Shown: positions 29,252-38,818, counted from the stretch's first letter. The stretch: DNA of 64,000 nucleotides from a virus (IMGVR_UViG_3300031466_000001:128001-192000); one strand, 5' to 3'. The notes: generated by a model from the sequence alone, not told the origin. Numbers and translations are program-made.

Positions 29252-31405
29252 ATGAGCAGTAAAAACATTCAGATTCGTCACAAGAATGGTAGTGAATGGG
29301 ATAATTTATACCCAAAAACAAAAGCGGAATTAGTAGAAGGTCTTGATGAGCAACTTGCCGGAAAGGTTGATAAAGAAGAAGGTAAAGGTCTTTCTACTGA
29401 AGATTATACTACAGAAGAAAAGAATAAACTTGCGGGCATTGAGGAAGGAGCCAACAAATACGTTCATCCAACTAGTGCTGGTAATAAACATATTCCTTCT
29501 GGCGGTGCGCCTAACCAGGTACTTAAATATGGCGGTTCGTCAGGAACCGCAACATGGGGTGCTCTGACATCTGCAGATATTCCTACATTGGCTCTTAGTA
29601 AGATTTCCGATGCAGGTACAGCAGCTTCCAGAGATATCGGTACTTCTGCTGGTAATGTGCCTGTATTGGATAGCAATGGTAAACTTGATGTTAATGTCCT
29701 TCCTGCAATTGCTATTTCGGATACTTTCGTTGTCGGAAGCGAAGGAGAAATGCTGGGTCTTACTGCGGAAGTTGGTGATATCGCGGTACGATCGGATATC
29801 AACAAAACATTCATTTTGAGAGCAGAACCTGCATCCGTAGTTGGCAACTGGCAAGAACTTTTGACTCCGACTTCCCCTGTACAATCTGTTGCAGGTAAAA
29901 CCGGTGCAGTTACACTGGTTAAAGGTGACGTGGGACTCGGAAACGTCCAAAACTATGGAATAGCAACACAGGAAGAAGCAGAAGCCGGAACGTCCGATAC
30001 CGCGTACATGACGCCGCTTAAAACAGCGCAGGCGATTGCTGCACTTGCACCCGCGCCGGATGCTTCGGAAGTTTCGCTTAGTTCACCGAATTTCACTTCT
30101 ACCAACGTCCGGGATGGAATGGATGAACTTTTTCAATCTGTCAGTGATGGGAAAAATCAGATCGCTTCCGCCATCACTGACATGGGACAGTCTGCTTCAG
30201 GAGGCGACACGTTTGCGCAGTTGTCAAGCAAAATTCGGGACATCTCCAAGGACGCGAACGCGGCTGTTGGGGATGTTTTGACCGGTAAGACGTTTTATCA
30301 GGGCGGAGTAAAGCGCACCGGCACGATGCCCAATAACGGATCGGTTTCCCAAACGCTGACATCACAAGGCGAAGAATACACGATCCCGGAGGGATACCAC
30401 GACGGCACCGGCACGGTCACGACCGACATCGTGAATCTGTCCGCAGGAAATATCCGAGCCGGTGCGACGGTAGGCGGCGTTGATGGTACGTTCACTAGCG
30501 ACGCGACAGCCACGGCTGGTCAAATCTTGTCTGGCCGGACGGCGTATGTTAACGGCTCGAAGGTAACCGGCAGCATGATCAACAATGGAGCCGTCAGTCA
30601 AACCTTGACCACGCAGGGGGCGTCGTACACAATCCCGGCAGGTTATCACAATGGCAGCGGCACAGTCACGGCCAATATCACCAACTTGACGGCGGCCAAT
30701 ATCAAGGCTGGTACGACGGTCGGCGGCGTATCTGGAACATTCACAAGCGACGCAACCGCAACAGCCGCACAAATCTTGTCTGGCCGGACGGCGTATGTTA
30801 ACGGCTCGAAGGTAACCGGCACGATGCCAGTCAAAACAAATGATTATGGCGCACCGCGTACAGGCCAAACTGGGCGTCTGTATGTGACACCGGAAGCAGG
30901 ATACCATGACGGGACTGTAAGGGTCTATACGGACGACGCTAATTTTAATGCTGCCAATATCAAGTCTGGGGTTACGCTGTTCGGAATAACCGGTACGTAT
31001 GCGCCGATTTCCGTAGGTAGTACAACCCTGACATTTAACCGATCCGGCTCCGGTAACAATGTTACGTCGATTATCTATTATGCGAATTACACGCCGCCCA
31101 AGACAAACTTTTTGGGGTCGTTCCAAATACCCGTTACGTTCACAATCGGGAACATTGAATATAAAGGAGACCCGTTTAACAGCATCACGATCGGATATCC
31201 GACAAACCTAATCTTCGGCTATGGTTTGTACATTGTCGACCCGACCGTTAATGCAGAAATACAAATCAGCGCCATTTATAATAGTAGCACTGGCCGTATT
31301 CAACTACAGATTGGTAACCCGTCCACAGCAAGTCCTAAAGCGTTGTTTACCAATATCAGCACCAATAGCTTTACAGCGGGTTTACGGTATGTTTCATGGG
31401 AGTGA
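29252..31405 (+). CDS. Tail fibre protein (chimeric: phage-like N-terminus, foreign GC-rich C-terminus)
   Basis: W..LYPKT N-motif, KLAGIEEGANKY.HP, VQSVAGKTGAVTL, 83-aa TSDATAT...IPAGYH repeats; base composition changes at ~29932. Confidence 0.85.
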   Translation: MSSKNIQIRHKNGSEWDNLYPKTKAELVEGLDEQLAGKVDKEEGKGLSTEDYTTEEKNKLAGIEEGANKYVHPTSAGNKHIPSGGAPNQVLKYGGSSGTATWGALTSADIPTLALSKISDAGTAASRDIGTSAGNVPVLDSNGKLDVNVLPAIAISDTFVVGSEGEMLGLTAEVGDIAVRSDINKTFILRAEPASVVGNWQELLTPTSPVQSVAGKTGAVTLVKGDVGLGNVQNYGIATQEEAEAGTSDTAYMTPLKTAQAIAALAPAPDASEVSLSSPNFTSTNVRDGMDELFQSVSDGKNQIASAITDMGQSASGGDTFAQLSSKIRDISKDANAAVGDVLTGKTFYQGGVKRTGTMPNNGSVSQTLTSQGEEYTIPEGYHDGTGTVTTDIVNLSAGNIRAGATVGGVDGTFTSDATATAGQILSGRTAYVNGSKVTGSMINNGAVSQTLTTQGASYTIPAGYHNGSGTVTANITNLTAANIKAGTTVGGVSGTFTSDATATAAQILSGRTAYVNGSKVTGTMPVKTNDYGAPRTGQTGRLYVTPEAGYHDGTVRVYTDDANFNAANIKSGVTLFGITGTYAPISVGSTTLTFNRSGSGNNVTSIIYYANYTPPKTNFLGSFQIPVTFTIGNIEYKGDPFNSITIGYPTNLIFGYGLYIVDPTVNAEIQISAIYNSSTGRIQLQIGNPSTASPKALFTNISTNSFTAGLRYVSWE
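29857..29931 (+). repeat. 75-bp perfect direct repeat, copy 1
   Basis: acttttgactcc...aaaggtgacgt, identical to 31889-31963. Confidence 0.95.
30242..30826 (+). repeat. Tandem 249-bp (83-aa) fibre repeats, about 2.3 copies
   Basis: ttcactagcgacgc at 30491 and ttcacaagcgacgc at 30740; shared caaatcttgtctggccggacggcgtatgttaacggctcgaaggtaaccggca. Confidence 0.8.
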
Positions 31406-31455
31406 AATCGTGATGACGAGAGAGGACTCATTATACAGATCGCATCGGCGGCCAA

Positions 31456-31608
31456 GCCGAGCAATATAAACAAATCACCGGATTTGATTATGAAGCGTAA
31501 GGCTCCGCCGAATAGGCGGGGCCTCATAATCTGCACAGTGTGGTACAATTAGACGCTATGACGGCAGAAGAATATGAGCAGATTACGAGCGAGCCGTACA
31601 CACCCTAA
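31456..31608 (+). pseudogene. Two XkdX-like C-terminal remnants
   Basis: AEQYKQITGFDYEA* (31456-31500) and VVQLDAMTAEEYEQITSEPYTP* (to 31608), each followed by a hairpin. Confidence 0.6.
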
Positions 31609-31805
31609 TTAGGCGCAGAGACGTGTAATTAGACCCTGCTTAATGCGGGGTCTTTTTGTTGACTTCGTAGTGACAAAAGGGAAATTTTATACGATAATAG
31701 TGTTAAAGTACTCGTAAAGTACGATTACGTTACCGTCGCTGGAAGGGGTGGAAAAGTTCCGATGGACTTTACGAGCCTTGGAGAGTACGGCGTAGGAATC
31801 GCGTC

Positions 31806-32483
31806 ATGACTTCTCCCGATGGTATAAACTGGACGATTCGTTCAACTCCGGCGGATAACAACTGGTATTCCGTCACTTATGGCAACGGACTTTTGACTCC
31901 GACTTCCCCTGTACAATCTGTTGCAGGTAAAACCGGTGCAGTTACACTGGTTAAAGGTGACGTTGGTCTTGATAATGTTGAAAACTACGGTATCGCTTCT
32001 CAAGCTGATGCTGAAGCCGGAACAGCAAATAATAAATACATGACCCCTGCGAGAGTTAAGCAAGCAATTGATGCGTTTGCTGCTCCTAAAGAGCATCAAC
32101 ATGTCGCTTCGGATATCACTCAAGATTCGACTCACCGTTTTGTAACTGATGCAGAAAAAGCTGCATGGAATGCAAAAGCAGACAAAACGGTAGCTACTAC
32201 CAGCAATAACGGCTTGATGTCGTCCGCTGATAAAGCAAAACTCGATGGAATCGAAGCTGGCGCCAATAAGTACGTACATCCGACTGGCGATGGTAATCTC
32301 CATGTGCCTCCAACTGGAACCAGCAACAACAATAAAGTGCTGAAAGCAGGGGCTACTGCTGGAAGCCTTTCCTGGGGTTATGTTAATTGGAATGAAGTAG
32401 ATGGTAAACCTGTTAACCTTGCATCTATTGTGGTTTCTGGTACTGAACCTACAAATGCTGATTTCTGGTATCAGGAAATTTAA
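31806..32483 (+). CDS. Displaced C-terminal half of the original tail-fibre gene
   Basis: Resumes LLTPTSPVQSVAGKTG in the same translation as the 29252 gene; no clear RBS; ends in VVSGTEPTNADFWYQEI. Confidence 0.65.
   Translation: MTSPDGINWTIRSTPADNNWYSVTYGNGLLTPTSPVQSVAGKTGAVTLVKGDVGLDNVENYGIASQADAEAGTANNKYMTPARVKQAIDAFAAPKEHQHVASDITQDSTHRFVTDAEKAAWNAKADKTVATTSNNGLMSSADKAKLDGIEAGANKYVHPTGDGNLHVPPTGTSNNNKVLKAGATAGSLSWGYVNWNEVDGKPVNLASIVVSGTEPTNADFWYQEI
31889..31963 (+). repeat. 75-bp perfect direct repeat, copy 2
   Basis: Identical to 29857-29931. Confidence 0.95.
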
Positions 32484-32700
32484 TTTAATCTATTTGTGAA
32501 TAGTCTATAAATTAAATGAAAAAACACTTTTTGGGGTCGGATGGATTAAAAAGTCCATCCGACCGCCAAGTTTCTATTATAATATAGACAGACAACTATA
32601 TTTACCAAAATTTAAATGGAAAACAAAAATGTAATAAATATTTATTCTATCTGTATTTATAAGGAGAATTAACAAAATATAAAGAACGGAGGTATTTTAA

Positions 32701-33450
32701 ATGGCAAAAAATATACTACAGAAACAATACGTACCTGGTGTCGGATGGGTTGAGCTTCATCCAATTACTAAAGCGTCCAATATTATAGATTCAAACGGTC
32801 TTAGTGTACAAGAGCATATTGATGCTAAAAATCCACATGGAACTGATAAAAGTGATGTAGGTCTTGGTAATGTTGAAAACTATGGTATTGCATCTAAAAC
32901 TGAAGCCGAAGCCGGAACTGCAAGTAACAAGTACATGACACCACAAAGAACTTCCCAGGCAATTGCAGCTTTGTCGCCTGTGAAGTCGGTTGCTGGTAAG
33001 ACGGGTGCAGTGACTCTCGTAAAGGGAGATGTAGGTCTCGGAAACGTTGAGAACTATGGCATTGCATCTAAAACTGAAGCCGAAGAGGGAACTGCAAGTA
33101 ATAAGTATATGACTCCTGAGAGAACATCTCAGGCGATTGCTGTTCAAGCCCAGGCTATTGCAGATGAAGTTGAAAACAGATCAAAAGAGTATGCTGATCT
33201 GTTGATGGAACAGAAGATTATTGAAATTCCTTCTAGGTCAGGTAAAGACGAGAATGGAATTTTCACGATCGTTGAATATTACAGACCAAATAATACATTA
33301 GCACGAAAAACCGAACTTAGCGGTGGGTCGTCTCCGAATTATACAACAAGAACCATAACCTTCTATGCAGAAGACGGTATGACTGTGACAAAAACAGTCA
33401 CAAGAACCTTAATTTATGATGAGGATGGAGATTTCCTGCGAGAAGAATAA
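32701..33450 (+). CDS. Tail fibre/adaptor protein
   Basis: W.ELHP.TKA N-motif, NPHG..KSDVGLGNVENY, two GIAS..EAE.GT..NKYMTP repeats; late promoter at 32622-32633. Confidence 0.8.
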   Translation: MAKNILQKQYVPGVGWVELHPITKASNIIDSNGLSVQEHIDAKNPHGTDKSDVGLGNVENYGIASKTEAEAGTASNKYMTPQRTSQAIAALSPVKSVAGKTGAVTLVKGDVGLGNVENYGIASKTEAEEGTASNKYMTPERTSQAIAVQAQAIADEVENRSKEYADLLMEQKIIEIPSRSGKDENGIFTIVEYYRPNNTLARKTELSGGSSPNYTTRTITFYAEDGMTVTKTVTRTLIYDEDGDFLREE

Positions 33451-33741
33451 AAATAAGGGATAAGGTATTTAACCTTATCCTTTATTTTTTTACATTGAAA
33501 TTCACTTCAAAAATATCATCCTAATTACAGTTATTTTTCCATCGTTAATAGAGATTAATAAAAATAAGAATTTCGTGACAAAAACAGATACATAATAAGA
33601 TAAAAAATATCCTTAAATGTCATATGATTAATTCTATTTCATCATAACCAAAAAATTGTGAGATCTCAAATCTCGGGAACTCAAATTGTAATTGAGTTTG
33701 TGAGTAAAATTATAGATTAATAAAAAATTGGGGTGAAAGAA

Positions 33742-35871
33742 GTGAACGATTTAATTTATCATGGGTTAATTGGGAAAAAAATTGATTCTGTAGAGGTGCT
33801 AAATAATGAATTTATTGCTACAGATGACAATGTGGAGCTGGCTAGTTCATATAATTTACCTAATACTGGACGCTCTGTCTCATTCTCTCCCGATGGTCAA
33901 TATATAGCTGTAGGACATAGTGGTTCTCCTTATTTTACTCTATTAAAAAGAAATGGAGATAATGTAAAACTAGCTAGTAATTATATATTACCTAGTACTG
34001 GCTATGGTGTATCATTCTCTCCCGATGGTCAATATATAGCTGTAGCACATACTGCTTCTCCTAATTTTACTTTACTAAAAAGAAATGGAGATAATGTAGA
34101 ATTAGCTAGTACTTATACATTACCTGGCAATGGAAACTCTGTATCATTCTCTCCTGATGGTCAATATATAGCTGTAGGATATGATCTTTCTCCTCGTTTT
34201 ACTTTACTAAAAAGAAATGGAGATAATGTAGAATTAGCTAGTAATTATATATTACCTGGTATTGGACGTTCTGTCTCATTCTCTCCCGATGGTCAATATA
34301 TAGCTGTAGGGCATTATGCTTCTCCTTATTTTACTCTATTAAAAAGAAATGGAGATACTGTAGAACTAGCTAGTACTTATACATTACCTAGTGATGGCTT
34401 AGGTGTATCATTCTCTCCTGATGGTCAATATATAGCTGTAGCACATAATGGTTCTCCTTATTTTACTTTACTAAAAAGAAATGGAGATAATGTAGAATTA
34501 GCTAGTACTTATACACTATCTAACTATGGCTTTGGTGTATCATTCTCTCCCGATGGTCAATATATAGCTGTAGGATATTATGGTTCTCCTTATTTTACTT
34601 TACTAAAAAGAAATGGAGATAATGTAGAATTAGCTAGTACTTATACATTACCTGGCAATGGCACGGGTGTATCATTCTCTCCCGATGGTCAATATATAGC
34701 TGTAGGACATTTTAGTTCTCCTTATTTTACTCTATTAAAAAGAAATGGAGTACAAGAAGCCATCGAAATTAAAACTAAAGTAAATGTTATTAAAGAAATT
34801 GATGGTCAGTTAAAAGAGGTTAAAAGTAATAAGATATTTAGAGATGTAAAAGAATTAGTTTATAAGAATAATTATGAAAAAGTACTACTAGCTGATACTT
34901 ATACATTACCCAATATCGCCACGGGTGTATCATTTTCTCCCGATGGTCAATATATAGCTGTAGGACATTATGATTCTCCTTATTTTACTTTACTAAAAAG
35001 AAATGGAGATAATGTAGAATTAGCTAGTAATTATACATTAACTGGTAATGCTGGAGGTGTATCATTCTCTCCTGATGGTAAATATATAGCTGTAGCATAT
35101 TATGGTTCTCCTTATTTTACTCTATTAAAAAGAAATGGAGATAATGTAGAACTAGCTAGTACTTATACATTACCTAGTTATGGCCATGGTGTATTATTCT
35201 CTCCCGATGGTCAATATATAGCTGTAGCACATTGGGGTTCTCCTCATTTTACTTTACTAAAAAGAAATGGAGATAATGTAGAACTAGCTAGTAATTATAC
35301 ATTACCTGATATTGGCTTGAGAGTATCATTCTCTCCCGATGGTCAATATATAGCTGTAGGACATTATGGTTCTCCTTATTTTACTCTATTAAAAAGAAAT
35401 GGAGATACTGTAGAACTAGCTAGTACTTATACATTACCTGGTGCTACCGAAAATGTATCATTCTCTCCCGATGGTCAATATATAGCTGTAGGATATTATG
35501 GTTCTCCTTATTTTACTCTATTAAAAAGAAATGGGGATACTGTAGAATTAGCTAGTAATTATACATTACCTAATATTGGATACTCTGCCCCATTCTCTCC
35601 CGATGGTCAATATATAGCTGTAGCACATAATGGTTCTCCTTATTTTACTTTACTAAAAAGAAATGGAGATAATGTAGAATTAGCTAGTACTTATACATTA
35701 CCTGGTGATGGCTATAGTGTATCATTCTCTCCTGATGGTCAATATATAGCTGTAGGACATAATGGTTCTCCTTATTTTACTTTACTAAAAGCAGGAGGAA
35801 CTTTTTCAAAAACCCCTCCAATCTTTATTGAATATAGAGGTAAAAGATATAAGATGCGTACAATTAATTGA
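33742..35871 (+). CDS. Double 7-bladed beta-propeller (WD40-like) protein A, putative receptor-binding protein
   Basis: 14 x 44-aa repeats ...VSFSPDGQYIAV..SPYFTLLKRNGDNVEL in two blocks of 7 joined by a linker; probable GTG start at 33742. Confidence 0.9.
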   Translation: MNDLIYHGLIGKKIDSVEVLNNEFIATDDNVELASSYNLPNTGRSVSFSPDGQYIAVGHSGSPYFTLLKRNGDNVKLASNYILPSTGYGVSFSPDGQYIAVAHTASPNFTLLKRNGDNVELASTYTLPGNGNSVSFSPDGQYIAVGYDLSPRFTLLKRNGDNVELASNYILPGIGRSVSFSPDGQYIAVGHYASPYFTLLKRNGDTVELASTYTLPSDGLGVSFSPDGQYIAVAHNGSPYFTLLKRNGDNVELASTYTLSNYGFGVSFSPDGQYIAVGYYGSPYFTLLKRNGDNVELASTYTLPGNGTGVSFSPDGQYIAVGHFSSPYFTLLKRNGVQEAIEIKTKVNVIKEIDGQLKEVKSNKIFRDVKELVYKNNYEKVLLADTYTLPNIATGVSFSPDGQYIAVGHYDSPYFTLLKRNGDNVELASNYTLTGNAGGVSFSPDGKYIAVAYYGSPYFTLLKRNGDNVELASTYTLPSYGHGVLFSPDGQYIAVAHWGSPHFTLLKRNGDNVELASNYTLPDIGLRVSFSPDGQYIAVGHYGSPYFTLLKRNGDTVELASTYTLPGATENVSFSPDGQYIAVGYYGSPYFTLLKRNGDTVELASNYTLPNIGYSAPFSPDGQYIAVAHNGSPYFTLLKRNGDNVELASTYTLPGDGYSVSFSPDGQYIAVGHNGSPYFTLLKAGGTFSKTPPIFIEYRGKRYKMRTIN
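33841..35790 (+). repeat. 14 x 132-bp blade repeats (7+7)
   Basis: Period 132 bp (gctagt at 33841, 33973...); second block starts at 34891. Confidence 0.95.
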
Positions 35872-36167
35872 TATGGGGATTTAAAATAAAAGATTTATAT
35901 TTACATGAAATAATAAAAAGACATGCTTCAGCAAAAATACTAAAAAAAAATAAATTCAATTATACTGATGATGGACTAAATCTTATAAGATCATATATTT
36001 CATCATATATTGTATATGATGTGTCATTTCCCCCTTTGGTCAATTTATTCACGGTTCGTGACACGCTTTTCACCTTATTAAAGGCTAGTGATATATTTAA
36101 ATCAAACCCCTTCCCAACTATTGTCGAATGTAGAGGGAGAAAATATAGAGTTAGGGAAAAATCTTAA
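35868..36167 (+). CDS. Short paralog of the propeller proteins lacking the repeat array
   Basis: DLYLHEII...KIL.KNKF..TDD matches the N-cap; FTLLKA..IF.S.P..IVE.RG.KY matches the C-cap; one degenerate blade. Confidence 0.6.
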   Translation: MIWGFKIKDLYLHEIIKRHASAKILKKNKFNYTDDGLNLIRSYISSYIVYDVSFPPLVNLFTVRDTLFTLLKASDIFKSNPFPTIVECRGRKYRVREKS

Positions 36168-36184
36168 TAAAGGAGGTAAGTAAT

Positions 36185-38308
36185 TTGGAAGAGCTTTATT
36201 TTCACGAATTGCTACGACAAGGCGTTTCAGTAAATATTCTAAATAATAAATTTATTGCTACAGATGACAATGTGGAGCCGGCTAGTTCATATAAATTGCC
36301 TAACTATGGCTATAGTGTTTCATTCTCTCCCGATGGTCAATATATAGCTGTAGGACATGTTGGTTCTCCTCGTTTTACTTTACTAAAAAGAAATGGAGAT
36401 AATGTAGAATTAGCTAGTACTTATACATTATCCGATACTGGACGCTCTATCTCATTCTCTCCCGATGGTCAATATATAGCTATAGGACATAGCGGTTCTC
36501 CTGGTTTTACTTTACTAAAAAGAAATGGAGATAATGTAGAACTAGCTACTAAATATACATTACCTGATGTTGGATATGGTACGGCATTCTCTCCCGATGG
36601 TCAATATATAGCTGTGGGACATAATGGTTCTCCTTATTTTACTCTATTAAAAAGAAATGGAGATAATGTAGAACTAGCTAGTACTTATACATTATCCGCT
36701 ACTGGACGTTCTGTCTCATTCTCTCCCGATGGTCAATATATAGCTGTAGCACATGCTGGTTCTCCTCGTTTTACTTTACTAAAAAGAAATGGAGATAATG
36801 TAGAACTAGCTAGTACTTATACATTACCTAGTGATAGCTTTGATGCATCATTCTCTCCTGATGGTCAATATATAGCTGTAGCACATTATGTTTCTCCTCA
36901 TTTTACTCTATTAAAAAGAAATGGAGATAATGTAGAACTAGCTAGTACTTATACATTACCTAGTACTGGCTTGGGTGTATCATTCTCTCCCGATGGTCGA
37001 TATATAGCTGTAGCACATTATGGTTCTCCTTATTTTACTTTACTAAAAAGAAATGGAGATAATGTAGAACTAGCTAGTACTTATACATTACCTAGTGTCG
37101 CCATGGATGTATCATTCTCTCCCGATGGTCAATATATAGCTGTAGGATATATTAATTCTCCTCCTTATTTTACTCTATTAAAAAGAAATGGAGTACAAGA
37201 AGCCATCGAAATTAAAACTAAAGTAAATGTTATTAAAGAAATTGATGGTCAGTTAGAAGAGGTTAAAGGTAATAAGATATTTAGAGATGTAAAAGAATTA
37301 GTTTATAAGAATAATTATGAAAAAGTATTACTAGCTAGTACTTATACATTACCTTTTACTAGCTTGGATGTATCATTCTCTCCCGATGGTCAATATATAG
37401 CTGTAGAACATAATAGTTCTCCTTATTTTACTTTACTAAAAAGAAATGGAGATAATGTAGAACTAGCTAGTACTTATACATTACCTGGTGGTGCCGAAGG
37501 TATATCATTCTCTCCCGATGGCAAATATATAGCTGTAGCACATTATGGTTCTCCTTATTTTACTTTACTAAAAAGAAATGGAGATAATGTAGAATTAGCT
37601 AGTACTTATACATTATCTGACGGTGGCTATGGTGTATCATTCTCTCCCGATGGTCAATATATAGCTGTAGGACATCATGGTTCTCCTTATTTTACTCTAT
37701 TAAAAAGAAATGGAGATAATGTAGAACTAGCTAGTAATTATACATTACCTAGTAATGGCTTGGGTGTATCATTTTCTCCCGATGGTCAATATATAGCTGT
37801 AGGATATAATGGTTTTCCTTATTTTACTTTACTAAAAAGAAATGGAGATAATGTAGAATTAGCTAGTACTTATACATTACCTGGTACTAGCTATGGTGTA
37901 TCATTCTCTCCCGATGGTCAATATATAGCAGTGGGACATTTTGGTTCTCCTTATTTTACTCTATTAAAAAGAAATGGAGATAATGTAGAATTAGCTAGTA
38001 CTTATACATTACCTGGTAATGCCGAAGATGTATCATTCTCTCCCGATGGTCAATATATAGCTGTAGGACATTGGGGTTCTCCTTGTTTTACTCTATTAAA
38101 AAGAAATGGAGATAATGTAGAACTAGCTAGTAATTATACATTACCTGGTACTAGCTATGGTGTATCATTCTCTCCCGATGGTCAATATATAGCAGTGGGA
38201 CATAGCGATTCTCCTTATTTTACCCTATTAAAAGCAGGAGGAACTTTTTCATCACAAAATCCTATTATTATAAAATATAGAGATGTCGAATACGAACTTG
38301 TGTGGTAA
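36185..38308 (+). CDS. Double 7-bladed beta-propeller (WD40-like) protein B
   Basis: Same 14 x 44-aa architecture and near-identical linker to protein A; RBS AGGAGG, TTG start. Confidence 0.9.
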   Translation: MEELYFHELLRQGVSVNILNNKFIATDDNVEPASSYKLPNYGYSVSFSPDGQYIAVGHVGSPRFTLLKRNGDNVELASTYTLSDTGRSISFSPDGQYIAIGHSGSPGFTLLKRNGDNVELATKYTLPDVGYGTAFSPDGQYIAVGHNGSPYFTLLKRNGDNVELASTYTLSATGRSVSFSPDGQYIAVAHAGSPRFTLLKRNGDNVELASTYTLPSDSFDASFSPDGQYIAVAHYVSPHFTLLKRNGDNVELASTYTLPSTGLGVSFSPDGRYIAVAHYGSPYFTLLKRNGDNVELASTYTLPSVAMDVSFSPDGQYIAVGYINSPPYFTLLKRNGVQEAIEIKTKVNVIKEIDGQLEEVKGNKIFRDVKELVYKNNYEKVLLASTYTLPFTSLDVSFSPDGQYIAVEHNSSPYFTLLKRNGDNVELASTYTLPGGAEGISFSPDGKYIAVAHYGSPYFTLLKRNGDNVELASTYTLSDGGYGVSFSPDGQYIAVGHHGSPYFTLLKRNGDNVELASNYTLPSNGLGVSFSPDGQYIAVGYNGFPYFTLLKRNGDNVELASTYTLPGTSYGVSFSPDGQYIAVGHFGSPYFTLLKRNGDNVELASTYTLPGNAEDVSFSPDGQYIAVGHWGSPCFTLLKRNGDNVELASNYTLPGTSYGVSFSPDGQYIAVGHSDSPYFTLLKAGGTFSSQNPIIIKYRDVEYELVW
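36281..38233 (+). repeat. 14 x 132-bp blade repeats (7+7)
   Basis: Same unit as 33841-35790; second block starts at 37334; blade 7 has a one-codon insertion (SPPY). Confidence 0.95.
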
Positions 38309-38385
38309 AAAAATACTACATCTACATTTTAATAAATAAATTATAAAAAAACATCTATTAAAATCTAAATGGGAGGTATACATTT

Positions 38386-38685
38386 ATGCCAATCGTAAGT
38401 GGTGAACAAATCGCCCCTGATAAAATCCGGGTGAGGTCGATAACTTATACAACGAACACTCCACCGAACGACAATTGGTATTCGGTTCCATCAGTACCCG
38501 AATGGCCAGAGGTTGAAATCGGGAAGCGACCTGAGATGTATTTTAATCCACAGACAAAGGAGTTCAGCTTTGAGATTGTTGATGCTCCTTTGACTCCGGA
38601 ACAAGAAAAAGATCTCGAAATTCAACGTCTGAACCAGCTTCTTGACGATGCTACAAGCTTATTATTAGAAAACGAGGTGTTGTAA
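38386..38685 (+). CDS. Putative tail-fibre assembly chaperone
   Basis: PEVEIGK.PEMYFNP.T.EF..E..D.PLTPEQ followed by a coiled coil, typical of genes after Firmicute fibre genes. Confidence 0.6.
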   Translation: MPIVSGEQIAPDKIRVRSITYTTNTPPNDNWYSVPSVPEWPEVEIGKRPEMYFNPQTKEFSFEIVDAPLTPEQEKDLEIQRLNQLLDDATSLLLENEVL

Positions 38686-38686
38686 T

Positions 38687-38818
38687 ATGAGCGGAATTGA
38701 TCAAAGAAAGCTTAATCTTTACAAGTGGATGCTGGAAAAGGGTAAAATTCAGTACAACGAAATTCCAGAGAATTATCGTAGCCAGATCAATCCTCCGCAG
38801 GAACAGTCTGAGGAGTAA
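38687..38818 (+). CDS. 43-aa fibre-chaperone partner (XkdX/CD1375-like)
   Basis: MSGIDQRKLNLYKWMLEKGKIQYNEIPENYRSQI...; RBS GAGGTG; followed by a terminator hairpin. Confidence 0.6.
   Translation: MSGIDQRKLNLYKWMLEKGKIQYNEIPENYRSQINPPQEQSEE

Larger units (their letters stand above)
29932..31888 (+). mobile_element. Foreign GC-rich tail-fibre cassette between direct repeats
   Basis: Clearly higher GC than flanks; contains a fibre C-terminus, two XkdX-like remnants, hairpins and a fibre fragment; no recombinase inside. Confidence 0.65.

Noticed and set aside
33841-38233. Diversity-generating retroelement as the source of blade variation (variable codons are mostly NNY, as if derived from AAY)
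   Set aside because: No reverse transcriptase or non-coding template repeat in the window. Silent adenines in the scaffold are almost invariant while silent C/T sites vary, which fits recombination plus selection better. A remote RT elsewhere in the genome is not excluded.
33841-38233. CRISPR-like repeat/spacer array
   Set aside because: Units are 132-bp in-frame coding repeats with only a few variable codons; no spacers and no cas genes
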